Of a DNA stretch of 43,654 nucleotides, positions 9,619 through 18,207 are shown in pieces. Numbering within the stretch: position 1 is the stretch's first letter; every line of letters begins with the position of its first letter. The position numbers and the translations under genes were made by a program. Below the pieces are notes generated by a model. It searched no databases. It was not told the DNA's origin and saw only the letters and a list, made by a program, of their open reading frames with translations. This stretch comes from Patescibacteria group bacterium (GTDB lineage Bacteria; Patescibacteriota; Minisyncoccia; Phycocordibacterales; Phycocordibacteraceae): positions 1-43,654 of the forward strand of contig JAGWIS010000003.1 in assembly GCA_028866135.1 (NCBI GenBank). The letters run 5' to 3'.

Positions 9619-10778
9619 GCACGATTCGCGACATCCCAGTATTCGAAAATATTCCGATACTGGTGCGGGCGGCATTGAATGTTCCTGTCGCAAACGGGGC
9701 CGTCGTCAATGACTACCGCTTGCGCCGCGCACTGCCGACCATCCGCTTTCTTGCCGAGCGGGGCGCCAAAGTCGTTCTCATAAGCCATATCGGGGAGCAG
9801 GGGACCGAGACGCTCGAGCCGGTCGCCCGAGCGCTTGGGAAGCTTATTTCCGGCGTTTCGTTCTTTGGCGAAACGATCGGGGAGCGAGCGCGCGGCACCG
9901 TGCGAGAGCTCGCGCCGAGAAACGTTCTCGTTCTCGAAAATCTTCGGCGCAATAAAGGCGAACGCACGAATGATCGCGCGTTCGCGAAGGAGCTTGCGGC
10001 GCTCGCGGATGTGTTTGTGGAGGATTCGTTTGATACGTGCCACCGCCCTCACGCCTCCATCGTCGGCGTCCCCGAGCTCCTGCCGAGCTATGTCGGACTT
10101 TTGCTTGAGGAGGAGGTGCGCGAACTCTCACAGGCGCTTACGCCGAAGCATCCGGCGTTTGCCGTCATTGGCGGCGCGAAGTTCAGCACCAAAGAGGCGG
10201 TGCTCACGACGCTTTTGGATGCGTACGATCAGGTATTCGTCGGCGGTGCCCTCGCAAATGATTTCTTCAAGGCATCCGGGCGGGAAGTGGGGAAGTCGCT
10301 CGTCTCTGATTTTGATCCGGAGCGCATGAAAAAGGTCCTTTCGAATCCTAAGCTCGTCCTCCCCGTCGATTCGCTCGTCATTCCCGCTAGCGCCGTCGGG
10401 TCGCTTGATGCGCGCGCGCAAGCGCGCGTCGCCTCTCCCGGAGAGGTGCGGAGTGATGAAGTCATCCTCGATCACGGCCCGGGTACTTCCGCGCTTCTCG
10501 CAAGTCTTGCGGCGAAAGCGAAGACCATCCTCTGGAACGGTCCTTTGGGAAATTATGAAAACGGATTCATCGATGCGACTGACGCGCTCGCGCGCGCCGT
10601 CGCCGCCTCGGGCGCGCACTCGGTCATCGGCGGCGGCGACACGGTCGCCGCGATAGAGAATCTCGGCATCCTCTCGCGCTTCTCGTTCGTCTCAACCGGC
10701 GGCGGCGCGATGCTCGACTTCCTCGCAAAGGGTACTTTGCCTGGTATTGATGTCCTTGGAAATCACCCGAGCGCTTGA
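9615..10778 (+). CDS. pgk: Phosphoglycerate kinase
   Basis: LVRAALNVP, ISHIG, LENLR, HRPHAS, GGAK, WNGPLG, GGGDT, STGGGA; start taken at MRTIRD. Confidence 0.95.
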   Translation: MRTIRDIPVFENIPILVRAALNVPVANGAVVNDYRLRRALPTIRFLAERGAKVVLISHIGEQGTETLEPVARALGKLISGVSFFGETIGERARGTVRELAPRNVLVLENLRRNKGERTNDRAFAKELAALADVFVEDSFDTCHRPHASIVGVPELLPSYVGLLLEEEVRELSQALTPKHPAFAVIGGAKFSTKEAVLTTLLDAYDQVFVGGALANDFFKASGREVGKSLVSDFDPERMKKVLSNPKLVLPVDSLVIPASAVGSLDARAQARVASPGEVRSDEVILDHGPGTSALLASLAAKAKTILWNGPLGNYENGFIDATDALARAVAASGAHSVIGGGDTVAAIENLGILSRFSFVSTGGGAMLDFLAKGTLPGIDVLGNHPSA

Positions 10779-11173
10779 CGAATTTTTAGAGCGATAGCAG
10801 CAGCATCGCCCGGCGGGTAGTCGCTCTGCGGCCAAAACGAGAATTCGCTCCGGTCGTGGCGCGGAATGATGTGGAAATGAAGATGAAAGACGATTTGGCC
10901 AGCAGCTGCCTCGTGATTGGAATTGATGTGAGCGCCGTGGGCGCCAACCGCGTCCCGCACCGCCGGCGCGATTTTTCTCACCGTACGCATCACGGCCGCA
11001 AGCGTCTCATCGTCGACGTCAAAGATATTCCGCACCTGCTTTTTCGGCACCACGAGCGTGTGTCCGGGCGTCGCCGGCTTCGCATCGAGAAAGGCAATGG
11101 TGCCCTCATCTTCATACACGATGTGCGCGGGAATCTCGCGCCGGATTATTTTCGTAAAAATAGTGTCTTCCAT
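10763..11173 (-). CDS. HIT family protein (Hint-like)
   Basis: MEDTIFTKII, PGHTLVVPK, GQIVFHLHFHIIPR. Confidence 0.93.
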   Translation of the reverse strand: MEDTIFTKIIRREIPAHIVYEDEGTIAFLDAKPATPGHTLVVPKKQVRNIFDVDDETLAAVMRTVRKIAPAVRDAVGAHGAHINSNHEAAAGQIVFHLHFHIIPRHDRSEFSFWPQSDYPPGDAAAIALKIRQALG

Positions 11174-11198
11174 GCAGTGAGTATACAATAGCGTGCAC

Positions 11199-12992
11199 AT
11201 GTTTCCGCTCCACGATCCTTTGCACGAGACGGTGCGCGAAGAACTTTCTTTCTACGATGACCTTACCGCCGCGCTTCTTGCGCGCCGCGGCGTCCTGAGC
11301 AGGGAGGAGGCGGAAAAATTTCTCAATCCCTCATACGATTTGCATCTCCATGATCCGTTCCTAATGGTAGACATGGAGAAGGCGGCGCGGCGATTGTCTC
11401 ACGCGATCCTTTCCGGAGAGCGCATCGGCGTGTGGAGCGATTACGATTGCGATGGCATACCGGGCGGAGTGCTCATGCACGATTTCCTCGCGAAAGCGGG
11501 CGCAAATTTCGAAAATTATATTCCGCACCGGCACGAAGAAGGTTATGGGATGAATGTTGCCGGCATCGAGAAGCTCGCGAAAAGCGGAGTGAAGCTCATC
11601 GTGACGGTCGACTCCGGCATCACGGACGTCGAGCCCATCGCTCGAGCGAACGAGCTCGGCATGGAAGTCATCGTCACGGATCACCACCTGCCTGCCGAAA
11701 AACTGCCGGACGCGTTTGCAATCCTCAACCCGAACGCTCGTCCCGTTAGAGGCAAGATGCCGGAGGCATCTGGCTCGCCTTCGGCGAGCGCCTCTAACGG
11801 GACGAGAGCGGAGGAAACGTATCCGTTTAAGAGTCTCTGCGGCTCGGGCGTCGCGTGGAAGCTCGTGTGCGCGACGCTTGCGGCGGCGCCCGCGCTTCGC
11901 GAGCGGGTGCCTGAGGGATGGGAAAAGTGGCTTCTCGACATGGTGGGGCTCGCGACCATCGCCGACATGGTCCCGCTCACGGGCGAAAACCGCGTTCTTG
12001 CCGCTTACGGCCTCCTCGTGATGCGCAAATCCCCGCGCATCGGGCTGCAGAAACTCTGCCGAGGGATGCGCGTTGATCAGCGCAAGCTCACCGAAGATGA
12101 CGTCGGATTCATGATCGCGCCGCGCATAAACGCGGCAAGCCGCATGGGGTCGGCGGAGGACGCCTTCCGCCTCTTCACGACTGACTCTGAAAGCGAGGCG
12201 GATTTGCTTGCGAAGAAGCTGGAGAAAATGAATCGCACGCGCAAAGCGGAGGCGGGCACCATCACGCGAGCGGTGCATGCGCGACTGAAAGAGAAGGGCG
12301 CGGTCAGAAGCGTCATCGCGCTCGGAGATCCGGAGTGGCGCCCGGCGCTCCTCGGGCTCGTCGCCAATACCATTGCGGATGAGTACGAGCGGCCCGTATT
12401 CCTTTGGGGCAGGGAGGGGAATATGCGCCTCAAGGGATCGGTGCGAAGCGGCGGCGGGGTGCACATCCTCGAGCTCATGCGCGCCACGGAAAACACCTTC
12501 ACCGAATTCGGCGGGCACAGAGCGGCGGGCGGTTTCACCGTCGAAGACACTGCGGTGTTCTTTCTTGAAGACCGCCTGGTCGAAGCACACGGGAAAATGC
12601 AAAAAGAAGAAGCGGATGATGATTTACTGATGCGCGCTGACGCCGTGGTCGCACCGGAAGAGATAACTGATGCTTTTCTTACAAAAATCGAACGTCTTGC
12701 CCCATTTGGCATGGAGAACCCAAAACCCGTGTTTCTTTTGCGAGAGGTTTTCGTGCGCCGGATTTCACATTTCGGGAAAGGAGAGGAGCACTTGAAATTG
12801 AATGTGTGTTCAAGAGAGGAAAGCGAATCCGGCATCGATGCCGTTACGTTTTTCGCGAAAGGCCCGCTTGCGCGCGTCGCGGAGACGCTTGCCGCAAATA
12901 GTCGCGCACATCTGCTCGCGCACATCGAGCGCGACACGTTTTCGCGCGAGAATCCGGTGCGTCTGCGACTTCTCGATCTCAGAGTTGCATGA
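11199..12992 (+). CDS. recJ: Single-stranded DNA exonuclease RecJ (alternative GTG start 11193)
   Basis: DYDCDG, TVDSG, TDHH, TIADMVPL, PRINAASR, GSVRS, FGGH.AAGG, PFGMENP. Confidence 0.95.
   Translation: MFPLHDPLHETVREELSFYDDLTAALLARRGVLSREEAEKFLNPSYDLHLHDPFLMVDMEKAARRLSHAILSGERIGVWSDYDCDGIPGGVLMHDFLAKAGANFENYIPHRHEEGYGMNVAGIEKLAKSGVKLIVTVDSGITDVEPIARANELGMEVIVTDHHLPAEKLPDAFAILNPNARPVRGKMPEASGSPSASASNGTRAEETYPFKSLCGSGVAWKLVCATLAAAPALRERVPEGWEKWLLDMVGLATIADMVPLTGENRVLAAYGLLVMRKSPRIGLQKLCRGMRVDQRKLTEDDVGFMIAPRINAASRMGSAEDAFRLFTTDSESEADLLAKKLEKMNRTRKAEAGTITRAVHARLKEKGAVRSVIALGDPEWRPALLGLVANTIADEYERPVFLWGREGNMRLKGSVRSGGGVHILELMRATENTFTEFGGHRAAGGFTVEDTAVFFLEDRLVEAHGKMQKEEADDDLLMRADAVVAPEEITDAFLTKIERLAPFGMENPKPVFLLREVFVRRISHFGKGEEHLKLNVCSREESESGIDAVTFFAKGPLARVAETLAANSRAHLLAHIERDTFSRENPVRLRLLDLRVA
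11737..11806. mobile_element. In-frame palindromic insert in recJ (CCCGTTAGA family)
   Basis: Perfect 17-bp inverted repeat CTCGTCCCGTTAGAGGC / GCCTCTAACGGGACGAG enclosing two 7-bp hairpins. Confidence 0.85.
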
Positions 12993-13000
12993 CGCTTCTC

Positions 13001-13043
13001 CCCAACAAGGGTGCCCCTTGTAGCAAGGGGCACCCTTGTTGGG
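13001..13043. repeat. Perfect 20-bp hairpin built from two self-palindromic CAAGGG-N3-CCCTTG units
   Basis: CCCAACAAGGGTGCCCCTTG-tag-CAAGGGGCACCCTTGTTGGG. Confidence 0.85.
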
Positions 13044-13064
13044 ATTTGGGGTATAGTGGGTCCC

Positions 13065-13484
13065 ATGCATTTCACTATCCACGCCGACGGCGGCGCAAGA
13101 GGGAATCCGGGACCCGCGGGCGCGGGAGCGATGATCCGCGACGAGCTCGGTAATTCTGTCGCGAGCGTTTCGAAATTCCTCGGACACCGTACAAACAACT
13201 TCGCAGAGTACGAAGCCGTCATCCTCTCTCTCGAGGCTTTGGCAAAACTGGTTCCCGCAGGAAAACACAGCGCGACTGAGGTCGCCGTAAAAATGGACAG
13301 TGAGCTCGTGGTGAAGCAGATGAAAGGAGAATACAAAGTGAAGCATCCCGTCCTGAAAGAGCAGTACGCGCGGCTCATTCACGCCGCGGGAGCATTCGGC
13401 AGAGTCTCGTTCTCCCACGTGCGGCGGGAAGAAAATACCGACGCCGATGCACTCGCAAACGAAGCGATGGATCGAGGTGATTAA
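13065..13484 (+). CDS. rnhA: Ribonuclease HI
   Basis: ADGGARGNPGPAG, TNNFAEYEA, DSELVVKQM, HVRREEN..ADALANEA. Confidence 0.95.
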   Translation: MHFTIHADGGARGNPGPAGAGAMIRDELGNSVASVSKFLGHRTNNFAEYEAVILSLEALAKLVPAGKHSATEVAVKMDSELVVKQMKGEYKVKHPVLKEQYARLIHAAGAFGRVSFSHVRREENTDADALANEAMDRGD

Positions 13485-13501
13485 CTAATATTTAATATTA
13501 T

Positions 13502-14053
13502 ATGCGTGAAATTGAATTGAAATTCAGAATAAAAGACCCGAAAGTCATTGAGAAAAAGCTTTCTGGGATGGGCTGTCTCTTTTCCAAACCGCTGCATCAA
13601 CGAGATACGGTTTACACAAAAGAAGGAAGTACTGAAGAGTGGCGATCTTCCAAAGAAGGGGATATCACCGTTCGGATTCGCCGTCAGGACACCGGGGCTG
13701 AGTTTAATCTTAAACAACAGCGTTCAGGCGAGTCCGATAACCTTGAGTACGAGACGAAAGTTGATGATCCAGAAACGCTACACCATATCTTGACCGTTCT
13801 CGGATATTCGCCAGAGGTAACGGTGAACAAGATGCGACGCAAGTGTAAATTAGGAGAATATGATATCTGTCTCGACTCTGTCGAAGAATTGGGAGATTTC
13901 CTGGAAATTGAAAAGCTCGCCGAAGATAACGTTAATCCGGAGGCGGTACGGGACGAACTTTTCAAAGCCATAGAGCCTTTGGGGTTATACCGAACGGACG
14001 AGGAACCGCGTGGGTACGATACGCAAATCTTTTTGCTGCATCACGGCAAATAG
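13502..14053 (+). CDS. CYTH-domain protein (class IV adenylate cyclase/triphosphate tunnel metalloenzyme)
   Basis: N-terminal EIELK (ExExK), VRIR, EYET, K.RR, LD.VEELGDFLEIE; visibly lower GC than its neighbours. Confidence 0.88.
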   Translation: MREIELKFRIKDPKVIEKKLSGMGCLFSKPLHQRDTVYTKEGSTEEWRSSKEGDITVRIRRQDTGAEFNLKQQRSGESDNLEYETKVDDPETLHHILTVLGYSPEVTVNKMRRKCKLGEYDICLDSVEELGDFLEIEKLAEDNVNPEAVRDELFKAIEPLGLYRTDEEPRGYDTQIFLLHHGK

Positions 14054-14057
14054 GTGC

Positions 14058-15557
14058 ATGCGCTTCCTTGTTGCAGTTGTTTCGGGATTTGCGAGCGGCG
14101 TGTTTCTCCGCTCGCTTTTTGTTTTCAGTTGGCCACCGATTGTGTTTGTGCTTCTCATTACCGGACTTTTTGCTGGTGCCGCATTTCTGAAGCCGCGCCT
14201 TGCGTACTCAATTGGCGCGGCGTTCTGCATGCTCATGGCGTTTGGCATGATGCGCGCATCGCTTGCGGATACTCCATTGCCCGAATCGTTTGCGAGAGAT
14301 CTGCGGCATCGCGTGTCGTACGAGGGAGTCGTCGTGTCCGATCCCGACGTGCGCGACGCGAATCAGCGTGTGGAGATTCGCGTTTCCGGTAGAGAAGCGC
14401 CTGCGGTCATGCTCGCGGTTGCGCCACGCTACCCGGAAGTGTCGGTGGGGGATCGAGTGAGAGTATCCGGAACGCTCATGCTGCCGGAAGCGTTCGCCGA
14501 TGACAGCGGACGAGTGTTTCGGTACGACAAATACCTGGAGCGAGATGGCGTGCGCTTCCTCTTAAACTTCGCTTTCCTGCAAAAGGAGGAGGGAGCGCCT
14601 TGGTACTTCGTCCCTGCGCTCCTCGCACGGATAAAACATTCCTTCCTCGACGGGCTCAAGGCGGTGCTGCCGGAGCCGTACGCCTCACTTGCGGGCGGAA
14701 TCATCATCGGTGGGAAATCCGGCCTCGGGAGCGATCTTCAGCAAGCATTCGTGCGCTCCGGGCTCGCGCAGATCATCGTCCTTTCCGGCTACAACGTGAT
14801 GGTCGTCGCCGAGTGGATTATGGCGGCGCTCGCACTTACCAAGCTTCCAAAACGATGGGGCGCGGCGGCGGCCGCAATGGGAATTCTCGTCTTCGTCGGC
14901 ATCGCGGGCGCATCCTCTACCGCGCTTCGTGCCGCACTCATGGCGCTCATCGCGCTCTACGCACGCGCAACCGGGAGGACCTATGCGGCCGGTCGCGCGC
15001 TTTTGTTCGTCGTCCTTCTCATGCTCTTATGGAATCCGCTCTTCCTCGTTTTTGACCCTGGCTTTGGCCTCTCGGTCGCCGCGACCGCCGGGCTCATCTG
15101 GCTCGCACCCATCGTCGAGGTCTTTCTTTCATTCATGAAAAATACTTTTTGGGAAAATGCGCTCGCAACGACGCTCGCCGCGCAAATCGCTGTCCTTCCG
15201 CTCCTTCTCTACGACACGGGCAATCTTTCTCTCGTCTCGGTGCCAGCGAACGTGCTTGCGATGCCGTTCGTACCGGTCGCGATGGGGCTTTCCGCGTTCG
15301 CCGGATTCGCGGGAATGCTTTTTAGTTCGTTTGCATCTTTCTTCGGCATGTTCCTCGCGCTACCGGCATACCTCGCAAACGCGTATCTGCTACTTCTCGC
15401 AGAGAAATCAGCCGCACTGCCCTTAGCTGCCGTCTCAATTCCGCCCTTCCCGTTCTGGCTCGTGCTTGTGAGCTACGCAGCGCTCATTTACTTCGCCGCC
15501 TCGAAACGCTTTTCGACGACGCTCCAATTGAGATTCGCGAGAAACGCGTCGACATAA
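14058..15557 (+). CDS. comEC: ComEC/Rec2 competence membrane channel (no C-terminal MBL domain)
   Basis: OB-like domain (FRYDKYL), SGL.QIIVLSGYNV, RAALM, NP...FDPGFGLSV.AT, multiple TM helices. Confidence 0.92.
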   Translation: MRFLVAVVSGFASGVFLRSLFVFSWPPIVFVLLITGLFAGAAFLKPRLAYSIGAAFCMLMAFGMMRASLADTPLPESFARDLRHRVSYEGVVVSDPDVRDANQRVEIRVSGREAPAVMLAVAPRYPEVSVGDRVRVSGTLMLPEAFADDSGRVFRYDKYLERDGVRFLLNFAFLQKEEGAPWYFVPALLARIKHSFLDGLKAVLPEPYASLAGGIIIGGKSGLGSDLQQAFVRSGLAQIIVLSGYNVMVVAEWIMAALALTKLPKRWGAAAAAMGILVFVGIAGASSTALRAALMALIALYARATGRTYAAGRALLFVVLLMLLWNPLFLVFDPGFGLSVAATAGLIWLAPIVEVFLSFMKNTFWENALATTLAAQIAVLPLLLYDTGNLSLVSVPANVLAMPFVPVAMGLSAFAGFAGMLFSSFASFFGMFLALPAYLANAYLLLLAEKSAALPLAAVSIPPFPFWLVLVSYAALIYFAASKRFSTTLQLRFARNAST

Positions 15558-16123
15558 TTCTTCTTCTCGGCGGGAACGTAATCCACCATGAAAGCGTGCT
15601 CCCAAAGATCGAGCGCCAGGATGATCGGCAGCCCGGCGAGCTGGCCGAGCTCATGATCGTTCACGAATACCGTGTGGAGCGTATGTGCGCGAGGGTCGGC
15701 ATACACGACGACCCAGCCGATACCGCGGCTTCCGGCGACTTCCTTTATATGAGCGATGAAGTTCTCGCCGCTTCCGTACTTTTCCTCCGCAGCCTTCGCA
15801 AGCGCTGAGGAGCGATCGCCTCCTTTCTCTCCTTCGAACTGCTCGAAATAATATTCATGCATGCGCATCCCGTCGAACTCGAACGCGAAGCGACGACGCA
15901 GCTCCGCGATGAGGTAGGCATTTCCTGCGGCATCCCTAGACGGCTTGCCGTCGGGCGAACCGCCTTCTGCGGTTTTAGCCGCTTCCTTGAGCGCCTGTAT
16001 CTTTCCCATGATGAGATTCACCTGCTTCACATATCCCTCATACAGGGCGAGGTGCACTTTTACCTGCTTCTCTGAGATCCCTTCCAAAGAAGGAAGATTG
16101 AACTGTTTTGCGATGTATTGCAT
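15488..16123 (-). CDS. Fe/Mn superoxide dismutase family protein
   Basis: Metal ligands VHLALY, MHEYYF, LDLWEHAF; start taken at MQYIAK. Confidence 0.9.
   Translation of the reverse strand: MQYIAKQFNLPSLEGISEKQVKVHLALYEGYVKQVNLIMGKIQALKEAAKTAEGGSPDGKPSRDAAGNAYLIAELRRRFAFEFDGMRMHEYYFEQFEGEKGGDRSSALAKAAEEKYGSGENFIAHIKEVAGSRGIGWVVVYADPRAHTLHTVFVNDHELGQLAGLPIILALDLWEHAFMVDYVPAEKKNYVDAFLANLNWSVVEKRFEAAK
15929..15980 (-). repeat. 52-bp structured in-frame insert, copy 1 (in sod)
   Basis: Minus strand GGCTAAAACCGCAGAAGGCGGTTCGCCCGACGGCAAGCCGTCTAGGGATGCC; 39/52 identical to 39631-39682. Confidence 0.85.
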
Positions 16124-16153
16124 ATGCAACATCATACCCTATACTTTCGATAT

Positions 16154-16477
16154 ATGAACATGGAATCCTTTGAGCGAGCCCCGAGCGTGCGCGAGGAAGT
16201 CTTGAAGTTCCTGAGTACCCGTCCCGAATACGCGGAAGAGAATCGTTTCTCCCAGGAAGAAATCGCCTTCGTTATTAAAGCAGTTGATGACCTCCTCAAG
16301 GAGAGCCCGAAAGAAGGTCTCGAAAGGGAGGATCTCATTAAAAGAGCGTTTGACGCCCGTGTCGCCGTACGCGGCGGCGCAGATTCAGCGGTTGTCGACG
16401 GCGGCGAAATTGTTGGAATTGCCGAATCGCCGGACAAAGCAAAAGAAATGATGTTCCGGGCGCGAAGCGGAAAGTAG
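16154..16477 (+). CDS. Hypothetical protein (107 aa)
   Basis: Charged, helical-looking ORF MNMESFERAP...; TATACT 8 nt upstream; fills the gap between sod and the next gene. Confidence 0.7.
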   Translation: MNMESFERAPSVREEVLKFLSTRPEYAEENRFSQEEIAFVIKAVDDLLKESPKEGLEREDLIKRAFDARVAVRGGADSAVVDGGEIVGIAESPDKAKEMMFRARSGK

Positions 16478-16488
16478 CGGCAGGGGCC

Positions 16489-17034
16489 GTGTTTTTGAGC
16501 CAACGTCTTCTCTTCGGCTCGGTGCTACTCCTCCTTGCGGCAAATGCCGTTCTCTACAACGCACTCTTCACTCCTCACAAGCCAAGCGTAACCGTTTTCC
16601 CCGTGGGAAAAGAAGGGAGGGCGGCTCTCATACAAAGTTCGAGCGACAGTCTGTTTCTCATTGATGCGGGGCCGGATGCGGGCATCCTCCGGGCGCTTGG
16701 CTCCGCAGTGCCGCCTTGGCGGCACTCGATTGATGCCGTGCTTCTCACGGACGCGTCTGCAAAAATATCCGGCGGATTGCCGGATGTCCTTCGGCGCTAT
16801 CATGTCCTCGCTCTTCTTCGCCCCGCAAAAATGGGCTCACGGAGCGCTGAAACTTCTTTGAGTGCCGCAGTAGGGGAATCTCCAGATCTGCGGACTGTGT
16901 CCATTCCTTCGAGTACGCGCGTATCTCTCGGCAACGATATTTCCGTTTCCGTTATTTCTACCGGAAAGTTTTTGGTCTCTTTTGGAGAATCTTCGCTCCT
17001 CGTGTCTTCAAGCACGCCCGCAGGCAGGTATTAA
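16489..17034 (+). CDS. Membrane-anchored ComEC-type metallo-beta-lactamase-fold domain, metal site degenerate
   Basis: N-terminal TM, FPVG..G.AALI, LIDAGPD, IDAVLLT..., GGLPDVL; the HxHxDH position reads DASAKI. Confidence 0.75.
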   Translation: MFLSQRLLFGSVLLLLAANAVLYNALFTPHKPSVTVFPVGKEGRAALIQSSSDSLFLIDAGPDAGILRALGSAVPPWRHSIDAVLLTDASAKISGGLPDVLRRYHVLALLRPAKMGSRSAETSLSAAVGESPDLRTVSIPSSTRVSLGNDISVSVISTGKFLVSFGESSLLVSSSTPAGRY

Positions 17035-17273
17035 ATCACTCCCGCTTTCTTCAGGGTCGCGAATGCGCCGTTCTTCTTAATGGTCTTGAGCCCCTTCACC
17101 GAGGTGTCGACGATGATGGTCTTCTTGAGTTCGGGCACGTAAATACGGCGTTTCTGCAGGTTGGCCTTGCGGCGCACCTTGCCGACCGGGTTGAATTGCG
17201 TCGCGCGAGTGCGGTTTGAATACCGCCCGCCGATTTGCGTGCTTTTGCCGGTAATTTCACATTGTCTTGCCAT
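17031..17273 (-). CDS. rpmB: 50S ribosomal protein L28
   Basis: MARQCEITGK...RRKANLQKRRIYVPEL...SVKGLKTI. Confidence 0.93.
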   Translation of the reverse strand: MARQCEITGKSTQIGGRYSNRTRATQFNPVGKVRRKANLQKRRIYVPELKKTIIVDTSVKGLKTIKKNGAFATLKKAGVI

Positions 17274-17302
17274 GGAAGTAGATAAATTAGATACCATGCG
17301 CG

Positions 17303-17486
17303 CCTGCCCCGTAGTCAGCCGAGCGAAGCGAGGCTGTACTACTGGGGTGCCATAGTGGCTGCATGGTAGCATACCCCATAGCGCAACTCAAATACGAATA
17401 TGAAAAATAAACTGATGAATGTTTTTTCTCCGTACGAATCGGCAAAACAACACCTGCAATGGTGCCCCGTTGTACAACCGGGCAGG
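17303..17486. repeat. Pair of related TGCCCCGT(A/T)GT palindromes in the rpmB / site-2 protease divergent intergenic region
   Basis: CCCCGTAGTCAGCC...GGCTGTACTACTGGGG (17307-17347) and TGCCCCGTTGTACAACCGGGCA (17463-17484). Confidence 0.6.
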
Positions 17487-17505
17487 GGATTCTAAAGCGG
17501 CACGC

Positions 17506-18141
17506 ATGCTCACTCTTCTCTCTTTCGTCGTCCTTATCCTTTCCATCATCGTGCATGAAGTGGCGCACGGCTACGCCGCCAACTCGCTCGGCGACCCCAC
17601 CGCACGCCTCGCCGGCCGGCTCACGCTCAATCCGCTGCCGCATATCGATCTCATGGGATCGATCGTCATCCCCGCGCTCCTCGTCTTCACGAGCTCTCCG
17701 ATACTCTTCGGCTGGGCGAAGCCGGTGCCGTATAATCCGTACAATCTTCGCAATCAGCGCTGGGGCGAGGCGCTCGTCGCAGCGGCCGGCAGCGCCACGA
17801 ACCTCTTTCTCGCCGTCCTCTTTGGACTGATTGTGCGGCTTGGTCCTACCTACGGACTTGATGCAACGGCGCTCTCTCTTGCCGCGACTATTTCCTTTGT
17901 GAACTTGTTCCTCGGTCTTTTCAATCTCATTCCATTTCCTCCGCTCGACGGCTTCACTGCTCTCAGGAGCGCACTCCCGTGGCATTTCGCTTCCAGCCTG
18001 CTTCGTTTCGAGCATCGCATACGCACCGCGGGAGCACTTTCCCTCATCCTCTTCCTCATCGTCTTTTCGTATATCTTCGCCGGGCCATTTTTCAATTTGG
18101 TCCTCTGGTTGTTTGGACTTCTCACGGGAACCAGCTTATAG
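17506..18141 (+). CDS. Site-2 protease (M50 zinc metalloprotease)
   Basis: HEVAH, GWAKPVP, NLIPFPPLDG. Confidence 0.93.
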   Translation: MLTLLSFVVLILSIIVHEVAHGYAANSLGDPTARLAGRLTLNPLPHIDLMGSIVIPALLVFTSSPILFGWAKPVPYNPYNLRNQRWGEALVAAAGSATNLFLAVLFGLIVRLGPTYGLDATALSLAATISFVNLFLGLFNLIPFPPLDGFTALRSALPWHFASSLLRFEHRIRTAGALSLILFLIVFSYIFAGPFFNLVLWLFGLLTGTSL

Positions 18142-18207
18142 CTTTTGTTCGCAAATTACGCAAACATTCCACAATGAATGGGGTTTTTGACTGTTATACT
18201 GGGAGCG

